This document shows, in pieces, positions 39,701 through 50,161 of a stretch of 64,000 nucleotides of DNA. The stretch covers positions 1 through 64,000 of the forward strand of contig CAWCKJ010000014.1 in assembly GCA_963796105.1 (NCBI GenBank). Direction: 5' to 3'. The translations under genes and the position numbers were made by a program. Origin of the DNA: a candidate division FCPU426 bacterium (GTDB lineage: Bacteria; Oederibacteriota; Muellerivitia; Muellerivitales; Muellerivitaceae). Under the pieces are notes generated by a model. That model saw nothing but the letters and a program-made list of their open reading frames with translations, made no database searches and was not told where the DNA came from. Position 1 is the first letter of the stretch, and the number at the start of each line of letters is the position of its first letter.

Positions 39701-40531
39701 TTAGTTGAGGCCCAACTTTTCCTTCCTTGCTTCCATCGGAGTCTTTCCGTCTAGACTGCTGTGCGGCCTTTCCCAGTTATATACCTGTCTCCACCAATCT
39801 ACGACCACCTGCGCCTCCGCTTTCGACAGAAAAATCTCCTGGTTTAAGCACTCATCCCTTAACTTGCCGTTGAAACTTTCAATGAATCCGTTCTGCCAAG
39901 GACTGCCTGGCTCGATATATAACACCTGTACTCCTTTTTCTACAAGCCAGTTCCTCAATTCGTTTGCGATGAACTCTGGTCCATTGTCCATTCGCATGAA
40001 CTTCGGCGCCCCGTATTCCACCATCAGCTCGTCCAATGTTTCTAGCACGTCCCGGCTTCCCATCCGCTTCTCCGCCCGGATCTCCAGGCACTCCCGGCAT
40101 CCCTCGTCCAACACCGTCAGAAACTTGATCTTCCCCCCAAACCACGTTAAGTCATGCACGAAATCCATAGTCCACACCTCATTGGAACCCAATGCCGGGT
40201 GGGGTCTTCTCCATTCCGCAGGAACCCGCTTTTTCCTAGGCCGCCTTCGTGGTAATTGAAGCCCTTGCGCGTTATACAACCTTTCTACCCGTTTATGGTT
40301 CACCTCGAATCCTTGTCTCTCCAACATCCAGACCATTCGTGGACTTCCAAACCGTCTGTGTCTTTCGGCCAGCTTGGCCATTTCCTCCCGGATTACCTGG
40401 TTCAAAGGGTCTTCCGGTCGCGCCACATATCGAAAGCTGGACCGGCTTACCCCAAGCACTTGGCAAGCCCGTCTTTCAGGAATCTCCTTGGCTTTAAGGG
40501 CCTCCACCATCCCTTTTTGTTCCTCGGTCAA
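39701..40531 (-). CDS. IS3 transposase OrfB (DDE)
   Basis: WTMDF, DNGPEF and [17 protein letters not shown] motifs. Confidence 0.95.
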   Translation of the reverse strand: MTEEQKGMVEALKAKEIPERRACQVLGVSRSSFRYVARPEDPLNQVIREEMAKLAERHRRFGSPRMVWMLERQGFEVNHKRVERLYNAQGLQLPRRRPRKKRVPAEWRRPHPALGSNEVWTMDFVHDLTWFGGKIKFLTVLDEGCRECLEIRAEKRMGSRDVLETLDELMVEYGAPKFMRMDNGPEFIANELRNWLVEKGVQVLYIEPGSPWQNGFIESFNGKLRDECLNQEIFLSKAEAQVVVDWWRQVYNWERPHSSLDGKTPMEARKEKLGLN

Positions 40532-40797
40532 TATCCCTTTTTTTTAATGTGTTCCTGAAGCACCTGGATGGCCAGGGCTTGATCACCGGCCAATTGCTTT
40601 AGTTTCCGGTTCTCTTCTTCGAGTTGTTTGATTCGATGGACCTCGGAAACGCCAAGGCTTCCGTACATACGTTTCCAACGGTAGTAAGTTTGCTCTGCAA
40701 TACCGTGTTTTCGGAGAACTTCCTCAACGGCGGGAGCTTTCTCCGCCTCGCGGAGAATAGCCACTATCTGCTCGGATAAAAACCGTTTCTTTGCCAA
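40528..40797 (-). CDS. IS3 transposase OrfA
   Basis: [11 protein letters not shown]...TYYRWK..YG...LEEENRKLK. Confidence 0.92.
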   Translation of the reverse strand: MAKKRFLSEQIVAILREAEKAPAVEEVLRKHGIAEQTYYRWKRMYGSLGVSEVHRIKQLEEENRKLKQLAGDQALAIQVLQEHIKKKGY

Positions 40798-40862
40798 TTT
40801 TCCCTCCCGATCTGAATTCCAAAACTAACATATTTTTGGTTCAGTTTTCGGGGGAAAGGTCA

Positions 40863-41972
40863 GGCGCACCCGTACACCTGATGAAGGAACTCATCGAGAA
40901 GAACGGCGTTTACGTCCTCTCGTCTAACTACACCCTTTACGGCGACATGGCCGCCCGGGTCCAGGAGGTACTACGCCAATTCACCCCTGAAATGGAGATT
41001 TACTCCATCGACGAGTGTTTTTTAAACCTTACTGCCAATCAAACAAACGAACTAACGGACAATGGCCGTGAAATCAAGGAAACGGTCGAGCGTTGGACGG
41101 GTATCCCCGTCACCGTGGGGATTGCCCCGACGAAATCACTGGCCAAGATTGCCAACAAGATCGCCAAAAAGTCCCCCAAGGCCGCGGGGGTCCTTAACCT
41201 GGTCAACAGCCCCTACGTGGACCAGGCCTTGGCCAGGGTGGACGTGGGCGACGTTTGGGGCGTAGGCGAGGCTTACGAAAAGCTCCTCAAAGAAAGTGGG
41301 ATACAGTCGGCCCTCGACCTGAAACACGCTCCGGAACATTGGGTCCGGACGCACATGACGGTCGTTGGCCACCGGATCGTGAGGGAATTGAACGGGGAAC
41401 CTTGTATTCCCCTAGAGCTTATTCCACCCCCTAAGAAGATGATCGGAACTTCCAAGGGTTTTGGGATCCTCATCGAGGATCTCCAAAGCCTACAGGAAGC
41501 CGTGGCCACCTATACGGCCCGGGCGGCCGAGAAGGCCCGCGCCCAGGGCCAGGCCGTGAAATCCCTTACCGTTTGGGTGGCCACCAACCCTTTTAACCAC
41601 GACCCCCAATATTCAAACGCCGTGTCGGTTGAGCTTCCCGTGGCCACGGACCACACCCCCACCCTGACCAGACTTGCCGGCAGGGCGGTCGAGAAACTTT
41701 ACCGGAAAGGCTACCGTTACAAGCGGGTCGGTGTTTTGTTCCCTAAGCTGGTCCCGGTGGACCAGGTACAGCAGAACCTCTTTTGGAGCGAACCTTTGGC
41801 AGCTCAGAAAGCCCTTATGCGGGTCGTGGACCAGGTCAACGGCGATATGGGAGCCGGAACCCTCCGCCTTGCGGCCGAGGGCATCGGCCAGCGTTGGCAA
41901 ACCAGATTTGAGCGAAAATCACCGTGTTATACTACGCGCTGGTCTGATATGCCCGTTGCGCGGGCGGTTTGA
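40863..41972 (+). pseudogene. umuC: Y-family DNA polymerase V subunit, 5' truncated by IS3
   Basis: SSNYTLYGDM, YSIDE, KSLAKIAN and C-terminal SPCYTTRW motifs; N-terminal catalytic motif missing. Confidence 0.85.
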
Positions 41973-41993
41973 TAATTGCAAAAGGATTAGTGA

Positions 41994-42296
41994 ATGTCCA
42001 AAAAATACTTCGAAATACAAAAACAGGCTGATAAATTCTGTTTATTTGTGGGTATTACCCCCGATAAAGTTGATCGGGCTAAATCGTTAATGGTGGAATT
42101 CTTTTACGAGGAAGGCACCTGCAACACCCATAAAAAGACACCCGAACTCATTCGCGTTGAGTACGAACCATTACAGAAAGACACAATAAAGTTGAGGTAT
42201 GTTTGCTGTTGCGAGGAATACAAAACCAAATTGCAACATTTGGTTTATCCTTTTCTTAAGAAAGACCCCGAACTTTCAAATTCTTTACACACTTAA
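41994..42296 (+). CDS. hypothetical protein
   Basis: 100-aa ORF with AAGGA RBS. Confidence 0.55.
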   Translation: MSKKYFEIQKQADKFCLFVGITPDKVDRAKSLMVEFFYEEGTCNTHKKTPELIRVEYEPLQKDTIKLRYVCCCEEYKTKLQHLVYPFLKKDPELSNSLHT

Positions 42297-42583
42297 TCAT
42301 TATTTTTTGAGGTTTTAATGCCTGATTTTAAACCCGGCGATCCAGTACGCCACATCATTTCCCTAGATTCTTTACCAGGGTTTCCTTAAATAACCGTTTA
42401 AGGCCTTGAATCAAGTCCTCCAACCGGAAAGTCGGGCAGGAAATGAGTTTTACTTGGTATAAGGTCTATTTCATCAGTCTTGTGAAAATAATTTATTTAA
42501 ACTTGTATTTAATCATTATTTGATGTTAAAAGAGTCAAACCTTCCAGTTCTTACCTGGGGGCTATCATCGAAGGAGTCATGTC

Positions 42584-42898
42584 ATGCCCTATGTCATTAC
42601 AGAGAAGTGTCTAGGTGAGGTTTACGCGCAATGCGTGGATGTTTGTCCGGTGAACTGCATTCATCCCGGCCAGTACAAGGGGCAGCCGTTCATGGTTATC
42701 GACCCGGAGGAATGCACCGAGTGCACCAGCTGCTACTCCGCTTGCCCAATTGGCGCTATCGTGGAAAGCGTGGATGCGGACCCGGAATACGGTAAGATCA
42801 ATGCGGAACTAGCTCCCGCCTTCAAGAAAAACCCACCGGTTCAGGCACGTCCGGCGAATGACCCACCTAAACGGCCTGAAAACAAAATAGTCAATTAA
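42584..42898 (+). CDS. 4Fe-4S dicluster ferredoxin
   Basis: CVDVCPVNCI and CTECTSCYSACP. Confidence 0.9.
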   Translation: MPYVITEKCLGEVYAQCVDVCPVNCIHPGQYKGQPFMVIDPEECTECTSCYSACPIGAIVESVDADPEYGKINAELAPAFKKNPPVQARPANDPPKRPENKIVN

Positions 42899-42904
42899 GG
42901 TTCA

Positions 42905-43237
42905 ATGGCCGAGCCAAAGAAAAAAGCCAAAATCATCTTTTCCAAGACGGGGCAATCCTGCGAAGTTGACTTCGACGACACCCTAGTGGACGCCACCTTC
43001 CGTTATGAACTGCCCATCCGGTTTAAGTGCGAAAGGGCGGTCTGTACTACCTGCCTGACCGAAGTGTCGGAAGGGATGGAAAACCTGTCCGAACCCAATG
43101 AGAGGGAAAAACATACCTTGGCTTCCATCAAAGCCAAACCTTCTTGGCGGCTGGCCTGCCAAGTTTCCGTTATGGGTGACGTGAAGCTGGATTACATCCC
43201 CATTAACGACCCACGCCGCCATCCAGGGGCCCCATGA
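42905..43237 (+). CDS. 2Fe-2S ferredoxin
   Basis: CERAVCTTC and RLACQ. Confidence 0.9.
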   Translation: MAEPKKKAKIIFSKTGQSCEVDFDDTLVDATFRYELPIRFKCERAVCTTCLTEVSEGMENLSEPNEREKHTLASIKAKPSWRLACQVSVMGDVKLDYIPINDPRRHPGAP

Positions 43238-43431
43238 CCACCTCGAAGAAGTTCGTTCCTAAGATCAAAATCTTAACTATTTATCAATATGATGCCGCAA
43301 GCGAAGCTACCGAATTGATGTGGCGTTGCGGCAAATGCGGCGAACTGATCCACCGCAAGGAAGGCCTGCCCCAAAAGTGCCCTTCATGTGGGGCGCCCCA
43401 AGGCGAATTCTCCCTGGTTGAAGAGGACTGA
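43234..43431 (+). CDS. rubredoxin-like protein
   Basis: WRCGKCG...P.KCPSCGA. Confidence 0.8.
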   Translation: MTTSKKFVPKIKILTIYQYDAASEATELMWRCGKCGELIHRKEGLPQKCPSCGAPQGEFSLVEED

Positions 43432-43588
43432 AAAACAAATTCAGTCTCTGAGGCTTACTAATTCACTAACTGAAATAAAAGCGCTTTTTCCCAAAGCTTT
43501 TTCAAGGCCATATTTTTCGTTTACCTAATATAATTACCCATAGTATTCCAAATCGATCACTGAGAACGATTCCAAGGATTTTTCTAGC

Positions 43589-43933
43589 ATGGAAAATCTT
43601 CAAGAAAAACGTCGTCACCAACGCTTTGTGTTCCAAAAACCGGTTCAAATTAACCCCGTCCTTTCTTCCAAATCAGGCTATATCTACGAAGTCCAAGACC
43701 TGATCATTCCGTCCATCAGTCATAACATCAGCGAAGGTGGCTTGAAGCTGGAAACTCCAAAACGTTTGGATGCCGACGCCATCCTTAAACTGGGATTCGA
43801 GTTGGAAAAAGGTGGTAACGTCGAAGTTTACGCGAAAATTATTTGGGTTCAAAAAAACCATTGCGGGGTGCAATTTTTGGCGCCTATTACGTTGATTCAA
43901 AAGGTTGTCCGTAACTTCTCACGTAAAACCTAA
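43589..43933 (+). CDS. PilZ domain protein
   Basis: RRHQR, NISEGG and CGVQF motifs. Confidence 0.85.
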   Translation: MENLQEKRRHQRFVFQKPVQINPVLSSKSGYIYEVQDLIIPSISHNISEGGLKLETPKRLDADAILKLGFELEKGGNVEVYAKIIWVQKNHCGVQFLAPITLIQKVVRNFSRKT

Positions 43934-43999
43934 GGACCATGAAAATAGCCGTATAACCAAAACCTTGACGAAACGTCGTTTTGGATTTAAGGAGGAAAC

Positions 44000-44263
44000 T
44001 TGTTAACGTTTGAACGCATGTCCAAAAACGATATAAAAACCCCCGTGGATTGGTCGTCATGGAACGAAAGGATAATCGCGAGTTTATTGCGGTCTTGGCA
44101 AGCTGATAAACAAATTCACACTGTTTATGTTATCGAAAATGAACGAATGATACTTGTTTTGCAAACATTTTGGATGGGATACCAGTGTTCAGAAAAAGAG
44201 TGGAAGGATTTCGTTACAAACTTCGGGCCCTTTACTGCGCGTCCGCAAGTCCCCCTATCTTAA
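44000..44263 (+). CDS. hypothetical protein
   Basis: AAGGAGG RBS before TTG. Confidence 0.5.
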   Translation: MLTFERMSKNDIKTPVDWSSWNERIIASLLRSWQADKQIHTVYVIENERMILVLQTFWMGYQCSEKEWKDFVTNFGPFTARPQVPLS

Positions 44264-44478
44264 ACTCCTTTAAAGAAAGCGGAAATTGGAGTATTCAACG
44301 TTTTTGAAAGTTTGCAAAGGGTGGCAAATGAGGGTGCCTTGCGGCCTTGTTCAAGGCTGCTGATCATTATCGCGGACAATTCAGTTTTTTCGGCCAATTG
44401 CTCCTGGGAAAGCTTTCGGCTTTCGCGGACTTGTTTCAGGTTGGCCCCGAATTTCTTGAGAAGATAGTCTGGATTCAC
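44260..44478 (-). CDS. XRE-family HTH regulator
   Basis: FGANLKQVRESRKLSQEQLAE...LEQGRKAPS. Confidence 0.85.
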   Translation of the reverse strand: MNPDYLLKKFGANLKQVRESRKLSQEQLAEKTELSAIMISSLEQGRKAPSFATLCKLSKTLNTPISAFFKGV

Positions 44479-44548
44479 CTAGACAAAATAATTCAGTTCC
44501 TTTAGGATGACATCATACCATAAGTATTAGTTATATAATGGTGAATGA

Positions 44549-44791
44549 ATGCACCCAAATAAAGGAATTCTCCACATCTATTTATCCTCACCCAAACGGG
44601 AAGGGGCCTATATCGTAGGGGACGAGGAAGGGCTTTTTGACCTTTGGCTTGCGATTGGGGAAACCATCATATCCGGCAAAGGGCAGGGAAGCGCCGACGT
44701 CCAGACCGGCCAGGGCGCACAGTACCCCATCCACATCCTAATGGTTGACCGGGAATCCCATTTCCTCAAGGAATTCATCCCCGTTCATTAA
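44549..44791 (+). CDS. hypothetical protein
   Basis: 80-aa ORF divergent from the XRE gene. Confidence 0.5.
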   Translation: MHPNKGILHIYLSSPKREGAYIVGDEEGLFDLWLAIGETIISGKGQGSADVQTGQGAQYPIHILMVDRESHFLKEFIPVH

Positions 44792-44917
44792 ATCTCATAA
44801 TTTTCCGACAAATATGCGATTCGATTAATCGCTTAACACTAATTCATACGACCAATAAAGAACTATTTTTTAAAAGCGGTATGCTTTTATTAGGATCTTT
44901 TCGCATGGTGGTGCGCC

Positions 44918-45160
44918 ATGGAACGTAAAGAACTGAGAAAATGCTATATCCTTCAAAAAGACGTCTACCTGATCCATGAAATTAATATGGACTTGCGTGA
45001 TAACCTGATAATTAAAAGCAGGGGAGCCAGAAGATGCAGCGAAGCTTTTAGTTGCGACAAACAAAAAATGAAATGCAAGTGGGTCTCAATGGAATATAAC
45101 TTTGACGGTATGAACCCTAAAAACTTACCTCCTGCAGAAGAAAACCCTCTCAATAATTAA
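44918..45160 (+). CDS. hypothetical Cys-containing protein
   Basis: 80-aa ORF. Confidence 0.5.
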   Translation: MERKELRKCYILQKDVYLIHEINMDLRDNLIIKSRGARRCSEAFSCDKQKMKCKWVSMEYNFDGMNPKNLPPAEENPLNN

Positions 45161-45167
45161 TCCTCGC

Positions 45168-45731
45168 TCAAGCATTTCCTCTATTGTCGTCAGTATCCAC
45201 CGGGAATATTTTAGAAGCGTGCTGTAGTAACACCATATCCAGGTCGATCACTTTATCGGCGAAACGGATCAATTCCCGGGGTTGAACATCAGGGAATAGG
45301 GCTATTTCAACATGCTTTCCGGTTTGTTTAACCAATTCCATTACAGGGGAATAGTCGTCATCCTCGGTCACAAGGATGGCGGTGTCATATAAATTACGTG
45401 CCGCGTAAAAAACCATTTCGGAGGACAGCAAGACTTCTACACCCTTTTCATGGTAACTACTTTTATCGTGGTTATGCACCATTCGACCCAAACGAACTTC
45501 TAGAAAAGGGGTCCGGTCGAGGGAATCCAGGAACGGGAGCTGGGCTTTGGCCTTATCAGGGAAGTTTTTCTGGTCGTAGGCCACGTTATAGTAATAAGCC
45601 CGCTGTAATTTCCGTTCCGGCCCGACCAGGGCGGAACTCAGTTGGTAGTAATCAACCCTTGTCGCAAGGTTGTTTCGCTTTAACCCAAAATAGAAATTAT
45701 TCCCGTCGATAAACACGCAAACGCGTTCCAT
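45168..45731 (-). CDS. NYN domain protein (LabA/DUF88)
   Basis: VFIDGNNFY, EKGVE and LVTEDDDY motifs. Confidence 0.88.
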   Translation of the reverse strand: MERVCVFIDGNNFYFGLKRNNLATRVDYYQLSSALVGPERKLQRAYYYNVAYDQKNFPDKAKAQLPFLDSLDRTPFLEVRLGRMVHNHDKSSYHEKGVEVLLSSEMVFYAARNLYDTAILVTEDDDYSPVMELVKQTGKHVEIALFPDVQPRELIRFADKVIDLDMVLLQHASKIFPVDTDDNRGNA

Positions 45732-45895
45732 TTATATTTATTTCCTTCCTTCATATTGAAAGTGGTTAATTATAAAAAAATAAAGTCTATTTACAATGTA
45801 TTAGACGTTGGGTAATGCCCCAAAAAGGTCGTGTCTACAACCTACGCATGGATATAATTGCCTAGTTTTATCCTCATCTTTTCCGCGAGGTTTTA

Positions 45896-46084
45896 ATGCC
45901 AGTCTTTAAGCCAGGAGATCAAGTAACCCACACCATTACTCAGGAAGAGGGAGTAGTAAAAAGTTTGCACATATTCCGAATTGGAACCAACACCGGAGAG
46001 AGCCTTTTGGTGAAGGTGGGGAAGTTAGATAAAGTCTGGCTTTCCGAAGAAACAACCATTTTGGATCACTCGAATAGGCATTAG
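45896..46084 (+). CDS. small SH3/KOW-like protein
   Basis: FKPGDQVTH...EEGVV. Confidence 0.6.
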   Translation: MPVFKPGDQVTHTITQEEGVVKSLHIFRIGTNTGESLLVKVGKLDKVWLSEETTILDHSNRH

Positions 46085-46141
46085 TCCTATATTGGGGGCT
46101 GTCATGGCCAGCCTTTTGACTAACGCACCATGTTTCGCCCA

Positions 46142-46212
46142 CATTGGAGCCTTTTATAATGGCTCCAACACACTCAAGGCTTGCGCCTCAACTTGAGGTT
46201 TCGGCACAGAGG
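46142..46212 (+). repeat. two-hairpin element (71 bp) inserted in a CGCCCA-CTTG-TGGGCG hairpin
   Basis: TTGGAGCC..GGCTCCAA-CACACTCAA-..CCTCAACTTGAGG.. Confidence 0.8.
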
Positions 46213-46311
46213 CTTGTGGGCGGGCGGCATGGTAAATCATCCACGTAAGGGGGTTTCTTTTGGGTGATCGGGAGAGCTTTGGATATCCCGATACCCTCTT
46301 AAAAATAACTT

Positions 46312-46506
46312 ATGCCCGAAAAAATCGAAATTAACGATTGGGTCCAACACCAACGATTTAAGCTTATCGGCCAGGTAAGAAAGATCGTGCGCTCGGAAGA
46401 GGACAACAAAACCATCCTGAAAGTCTGGACCAGCGACCAGCTCCCCCTCCAAACCTGGGAAGAAGAGAACGTGACCTTTATGAAGAAAGGCAACGGTAGG
46501 GAATAA
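46312..46506 (+). CDS. small SH3/KOW-like protein
   Basis: IEINDWVQH....GQV. Confidence 0.5.
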   Translation: MPEKIEINDWVQHQRFKLIGQVRKIVRSEEDNKTILKVWTSDQLPLQTWEEENVTFMKKGNGRE

Positions 46507-46670
46507 AGACAAAGTCTGGCTTTCCGACGAAACAGCCAATTTGGATCATTCAAATAGGCGTTAGTTCTATTCCTGTACAGAAGCTTGAGGTCTCGACTCA
46601 GGGGTTAAGGATTGATATAATTTTTAGAAGCTGGTAGTCAGCTTGTAATCTGGAACCTAAAGAGGCGCTA

Positions 46671-46925
46671 ATGTTAGTGGAATATATCCAAGCCGCGCTT
46701 GAACGCGCACATTATGAGAAGATCAAGGACAAAGAACCCTTTTATGCTGAGATTCCGGCCCTTAAGGGAGTTTGGGCTACAGGTAAATCCCTTGAAGAAT
46801 GTCGGCGTAATTTAACCGAAACGATCGAGGGATGGATAATCGTCCGCCTCCGTAAAGGCCTCGCAATTCCAAAGATCAAGGGCCTAACAATCAAGTCCGC
46901 TTCCCGCATTCCCATTCATGCCTAG
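46671..46925 (+). CDS. hicB: HicB-family antitoxin
   Basis: FYAEIPALKGVWATGKSLEEC. Confidence 0.88.
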   Translation: MLVEYIQAALERAHYEKIKDKEPFYAEIPALKGVWATGKSLEECRRNLTETIEGWIIVRLRKGLAIPKIKGLTIKSASRIPIHA

Positions 46926-47139
46926 ACTCAAGCCGGTTTCTTGGCGCGAGTTGATCCAGAAACTAAAAATTCTCGGTTTTGAGGGCCCCTATCAGGGCGG
47001 CAAACACCCCTATTTGGTGCGCGGGAACATGGTTCTAACCATTCCAAACATTCATCGTGGGGAAGTTTCTGTGGACCTTTTGTTGCGTCTTCTTCGGCAA
47101 GGCGGAATATCCCGGCAGGAATGGCTGGATTCCGAGTAA
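46918..47139 (+). CDS. hicA: HicA-family toxin
   Basis: LGFEGPYQGGKH...IPNIH. Confidence 0.88.
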   Translation: MPRLKPVSWRELIQKLKILGFEGPYQGGKHPYLVRGNMVLTIPNIHRGEVSVDLLLRLLRQGGISRQEWLDSE

Positions 47140-47555
47140 ACCTGACCATAATGGGTTTTTAGATATAGCCAACCAACAAGAGTTCTCCTAATTTTTCCTT
47201 TTTGGAGTCTTTTTTTGCACTCCACAAACATCAAACCCATTTACTCTCCAGAAAAGCACCAGGCTGGTCTAAAGACCCTTGAGGCTCTCTGGGCCCGGGG
47301 GATCACCCCCGCTCAGGCCAAAATCCATTGGTTTTTCACTTGGTACACACTCCAAAACTGCAACCTAATAAATGCTGCACATATCCTCAATATTCAACAT
47401 AACACTTTGTTCTCCTATTACGACAGATCACTGGAATTAACTGCGCTTCTTCCTTTGCGTCGTCGCTGGCGTAATATCTTAAAGGTTAATTCCAATGAAA
47501 CTTTTGAAAACCAGTTCCATCGGTTTTGGAAAAATATACGTTTTAAATTCGACCA

Positions 47556-48074
47556 TAGATACCCACGGGCAAGCCCGTGGTACTAAAATCAAAATTCAAG
47601 CTCCGCTTGACCTGAATCCTGGCGCTGCTGCCATTTCACATAGCGGATGATTTTTGCCTCGTCGATTCCCACCGTAGAGACAAAATAACCAGGTGACCAA
47701 ACCAAATTTTCTTTCCAGTACACCTTCCCTATCCACGAAAACTTTTCCCTCAGATAGCCTGAGCTTTGACTTTTCAACCGGCTTACCACCGCACTCACGG
47801 CGTATTTCGGGGGAATAATCATTACCGTATGTATGTGATCCGGTCGGATATTCTGTTCTATCACCTCGCATCCAGGCATCTCCGTCAATATCTTCGGGAA
47901 AACTTTCCTCAAGTATCCGGCCACGCCAGGATTCAGGATGCTCCGGCGATACTTCGGTATCCACACAATGTGGTATTCCGTTCGGTATGCACTGTGTCCT
48001 GACAGGCGGGTTTTCATCCCCTTATTGTATCGCCTTCGCAGCCTTCACCCACGGGCAAGCCCGTGGAACTCAAA
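47556..48074 (-). mobile_element. IS200/IS605-family element (tnpA only)
   Basis: Subterminal CCACGGGCAAGCCCGTGG hairpins at both ends. Confidence 0.92.
47589..48017 (-). CDS. tnpA: IS200-family Y1 HUH transposase
   Basis: YHIVWIPKYRR, DHIH, WSPGYFVSTVG and catalytic Y in RYVKWQ. Confidence 0.95.
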   Translation of the reverse strand: MKTRLSGHSAYRTEYHIVWIPKYRRSILNPGVAGYLRKVFPKILTEMPGCEVIEQNIRPDHIHTVMIIPPKYAVSAVVSRLKSQSSGYLREKFSWIGKVYWKENLVWSPGYFVSTVGIDEAKIIRYVKWQQRQDSGQAELEF

Positions 48075-48431
48075 ATCGGCTATTAGCGCTATTGATAACG
48101 CCGCTCTAATCGGCCTTTGGCGAACCGGATTTCCGGCCAGGATGCTTCCACCTTGTTTTGTCCTTTGGGCTTTACGGAACGGTAAATCCCGTGATTACAT
48201 CCTTAATAAATTTGAAATTACCCATAGGAACACCATCTATTATCACTTTTGGAATTGGCGTCTTAAAAAGTCCAAAACCTATTATTGGTTGAGTCCAATG
48301 AACCCCACTAGGAAAGATTGGGGCCTAAAAGGGAAGAAAGGCCGTAAACCCAATGTTAAAATCGCTTAAGACCCTTTTTAAAATAATCTGGTTATGGATT
48401 TTTGACATGAAACGAATGTGGAAGGTGGGGT

Positions 48432-48938
48432 ATGAGTGTTGTTACGGCCTTAAATGATGCGAAAGAGGTTTTCGCGGAATTTTTTACCGATATAAATAAT
48501 ATCGACTTAAAGAAAATCGCAAAAGCCTGGGGAGTTAAGATTTACTTTGAGTTTTTAGACGGGGATGTCGCAGGAATTTTATTCGTTTCTAATTTAAAAA
48601 CGATGATTATGGTCAATGCCAGTGATCTAAAAGTAAGGCAAACATTCACCATCGCCCACGAGCTGGGTCATTACCATCTTCACAAACCATCCGGTGTCCA
48701 TGTTGACACGGGTTTCGTCATGTCCAGGAATACCAAATCCAGGTTGGGTGAGGATATTCAAGAAATCGAGGCGACTCAATTTGCGGCTGAGTTATTAATG
48801 CCGGAAGAATTATTGAAAAAGGATGTAAAGGAATTTACAAATGCGTTAAATGATAACGATATTGATAAACTTGCTAAAAGATACTCGGTCAGTGAGCAAG
48901 CTATGACCCATCGTTTGATTTCATTAAAGATGGTTTAA
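48432..48938 (+). CDS. ImmA/IrrE-family metallopeptidase
   Basis: RQTFTIAHELGH, EIEATQFAAELLMP. Confidence 0.9.
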   Translation: MSVVTALNDAKEVFAEFFTDINNIDLKKIAKAWGVKIYFEFLDGDVAGILFVSNLKTMIMVNASDLKVRQTFTIAHELGHYHLHKPSGVHVDTGFVMSRNTKSRLGEDIQEIEATQFAAELLMPEELLKKDVKEFTNALNDNDIDKLAKRYSVSEQAMTHRLISLKMV

Positions 48939-49574
48939 TTAATTGCTTAAGACCCGGGTTTTTTCCGCATTTCCTAATTGGGAAGAATAGAGCGGAGTAG
49001 CGCGTTTATTTGATTTTAACACCCAGCCAATACCTGACTTGTAGTAAAGCCAAAGCCAATGACGAATGAGCGATTCTGTACGGCCAAGCCGCTTTCCAAC
49101 CCTTTTGGCTTTCATTCCTTTCGCAAGCCAGGCAAGCGCCTGTAGCTTTTCCCTGACCCACAATCTTTCCTCTTTTTGCAAATAGGATTTAATCTCCTGC
49201 AGGTCCATATTTCGTTTTATTTTGGTATAAACGTAATTTTTATTATTTGAGGAGTTTGAGTAAGGAAGGTCATTGGTAAATTTTATTTTTAGGAGTCTTA
49301 TCATCTGGTATAAGGTGTGATCCAAGGATATTGTGATTTCCAAAAACGAACGAACATCCTGGATTTGCCCTCTTTCATATCTTTTCCATTCGTCAAGAGT
49401 GCAGCCAAATTGGTTAGCGGCCTGATTTTGGGTTATGTTTTTTCCCAGTCGAAGATCCCGGATTAATTCCCCTATTTTTTGTTCAAAATCCTCCTGTGTA
49501 GCCGCCAACCTGATCCTATAAAACTTCTTCGATACTAATTTTTCCGCTTTCTTGGTTTTGTATATAGTTGGCAT
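48939..49574 (-). CDS. XRE HTH fused to a second, transposase-like HTH
   Basis: IRDLRLGKNITQ..A...YERG; C-terminal KGM.AKRVG..LGRTESLIRHW. Confidence 0.65.
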   Translation of the reverse strand: MPTIYKTKKAEKLVSKKFYRIRLAATQEDFEQKIGELIRDLRLGKNITQNQAANQFGCTLDEWKRYERGQIQDVRSFLEITISLDHTLYQMIRLLKIKFTNDLPYSNSSNNKNYVYTKIKRNMDLQEIKSYLQKEERLWVREKLQALAWLAKGMKAKRVGKRLGRTESLIRHWLWLYYKSGIGWVLKSNKRATPLYSSQLGNAEKTRVLSN

Positions 49575-49649
49575 GGGCGTTTTCTCAATTCCGGTTCAGG
49601 TAGACCATGAGCACCGCCAGGCGGTCCACCTCTCAATCTCTATAACCTT

Positions 49650-49880
49650 TTAAATCCCCTCGAAGAGTTTGTTGATAGGGCAGCCTAAACCCCGTTGGAT
49701 CTTTACAATATTTTTTAGTGTTATGCCTCTCTTGCCTAGTTCCACAAAAGCAATGAAGATTGACGACAAACCTGACTGGGAGCCTAACTTTTTCAGTGAC
49801 CAACCGCGCTTTTTGCGAATTTTGCGGACGTTCTCCCCGAATTTGAGGATCATTCGAATGTCATTTTTATCCTTAAGCAT
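49650..49880 (-). CDS. XRE-family HTH regulator
   Basis: Paralog of 11385-11609. Confidence 0.8.
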   Translation of the reverse strand: MLKDKNDIRMILKFGENVRKIRKKRGWSLKKLGSQSGLSSIFIAFVELGKRGITLKNIVKIQRGLGCPINKLFEGI

Positions 49881-50161
49881 GTTTACCCCCTTAAAGAATG
49901 CCCACCCCCGGGGTCACGGCCAGGGATACCCCCTGCCCAAGGCTACCCGATCCACCCGGAGCACCTCCCCGGGGCTTTGGCTTGGCCGTCGAGGCCAGGC
50001 AGATCCAGGCCGGGATACTCAATGTTTACTTCCATAGACAAATCCATGTTTTCGCACATGGATAATACCACATATTGACATAGTGTTTATTTTGTGGATA
50101 ATTATGTGGGTAATTCCATGTCTTATTTCGTGGAATTATAATGCGTTTCAGAGGGGCAAAA

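Larger units (their letters stand above)
39668..40862 (-). mobile_element. IS3-family insertion sequence
   Basis: TIRs TGACCTTCCCCC/GGGGGAAAGGTCA; orfA and orfB with an A8G frameshift site; no target duplication. Confidence 0.92.
47215..48369 (+). pseudogene. divergent third copy of the double-HTH gene B, interrupted by IS200
   Basis: GLKTLEALWARG before the IS, and LIGLWRTGFP...WLSPMNPTRKDW in the same frame after it, match 30558-31214. Confidence 0.7.

Noticed and set aside
40791..40862. N-terminus of the 393-aa umuC ORF
   Set aside because: These codons lie inside the IS3 end; the real umuC start is deleted
47589..48017. IS200 TnpA as mobiliser of the two-hairpin elements
   Set aside because: Its end hairpins (CCACGGGCAAGCCCGTGG) share no sequence or layout with that family; no direct support
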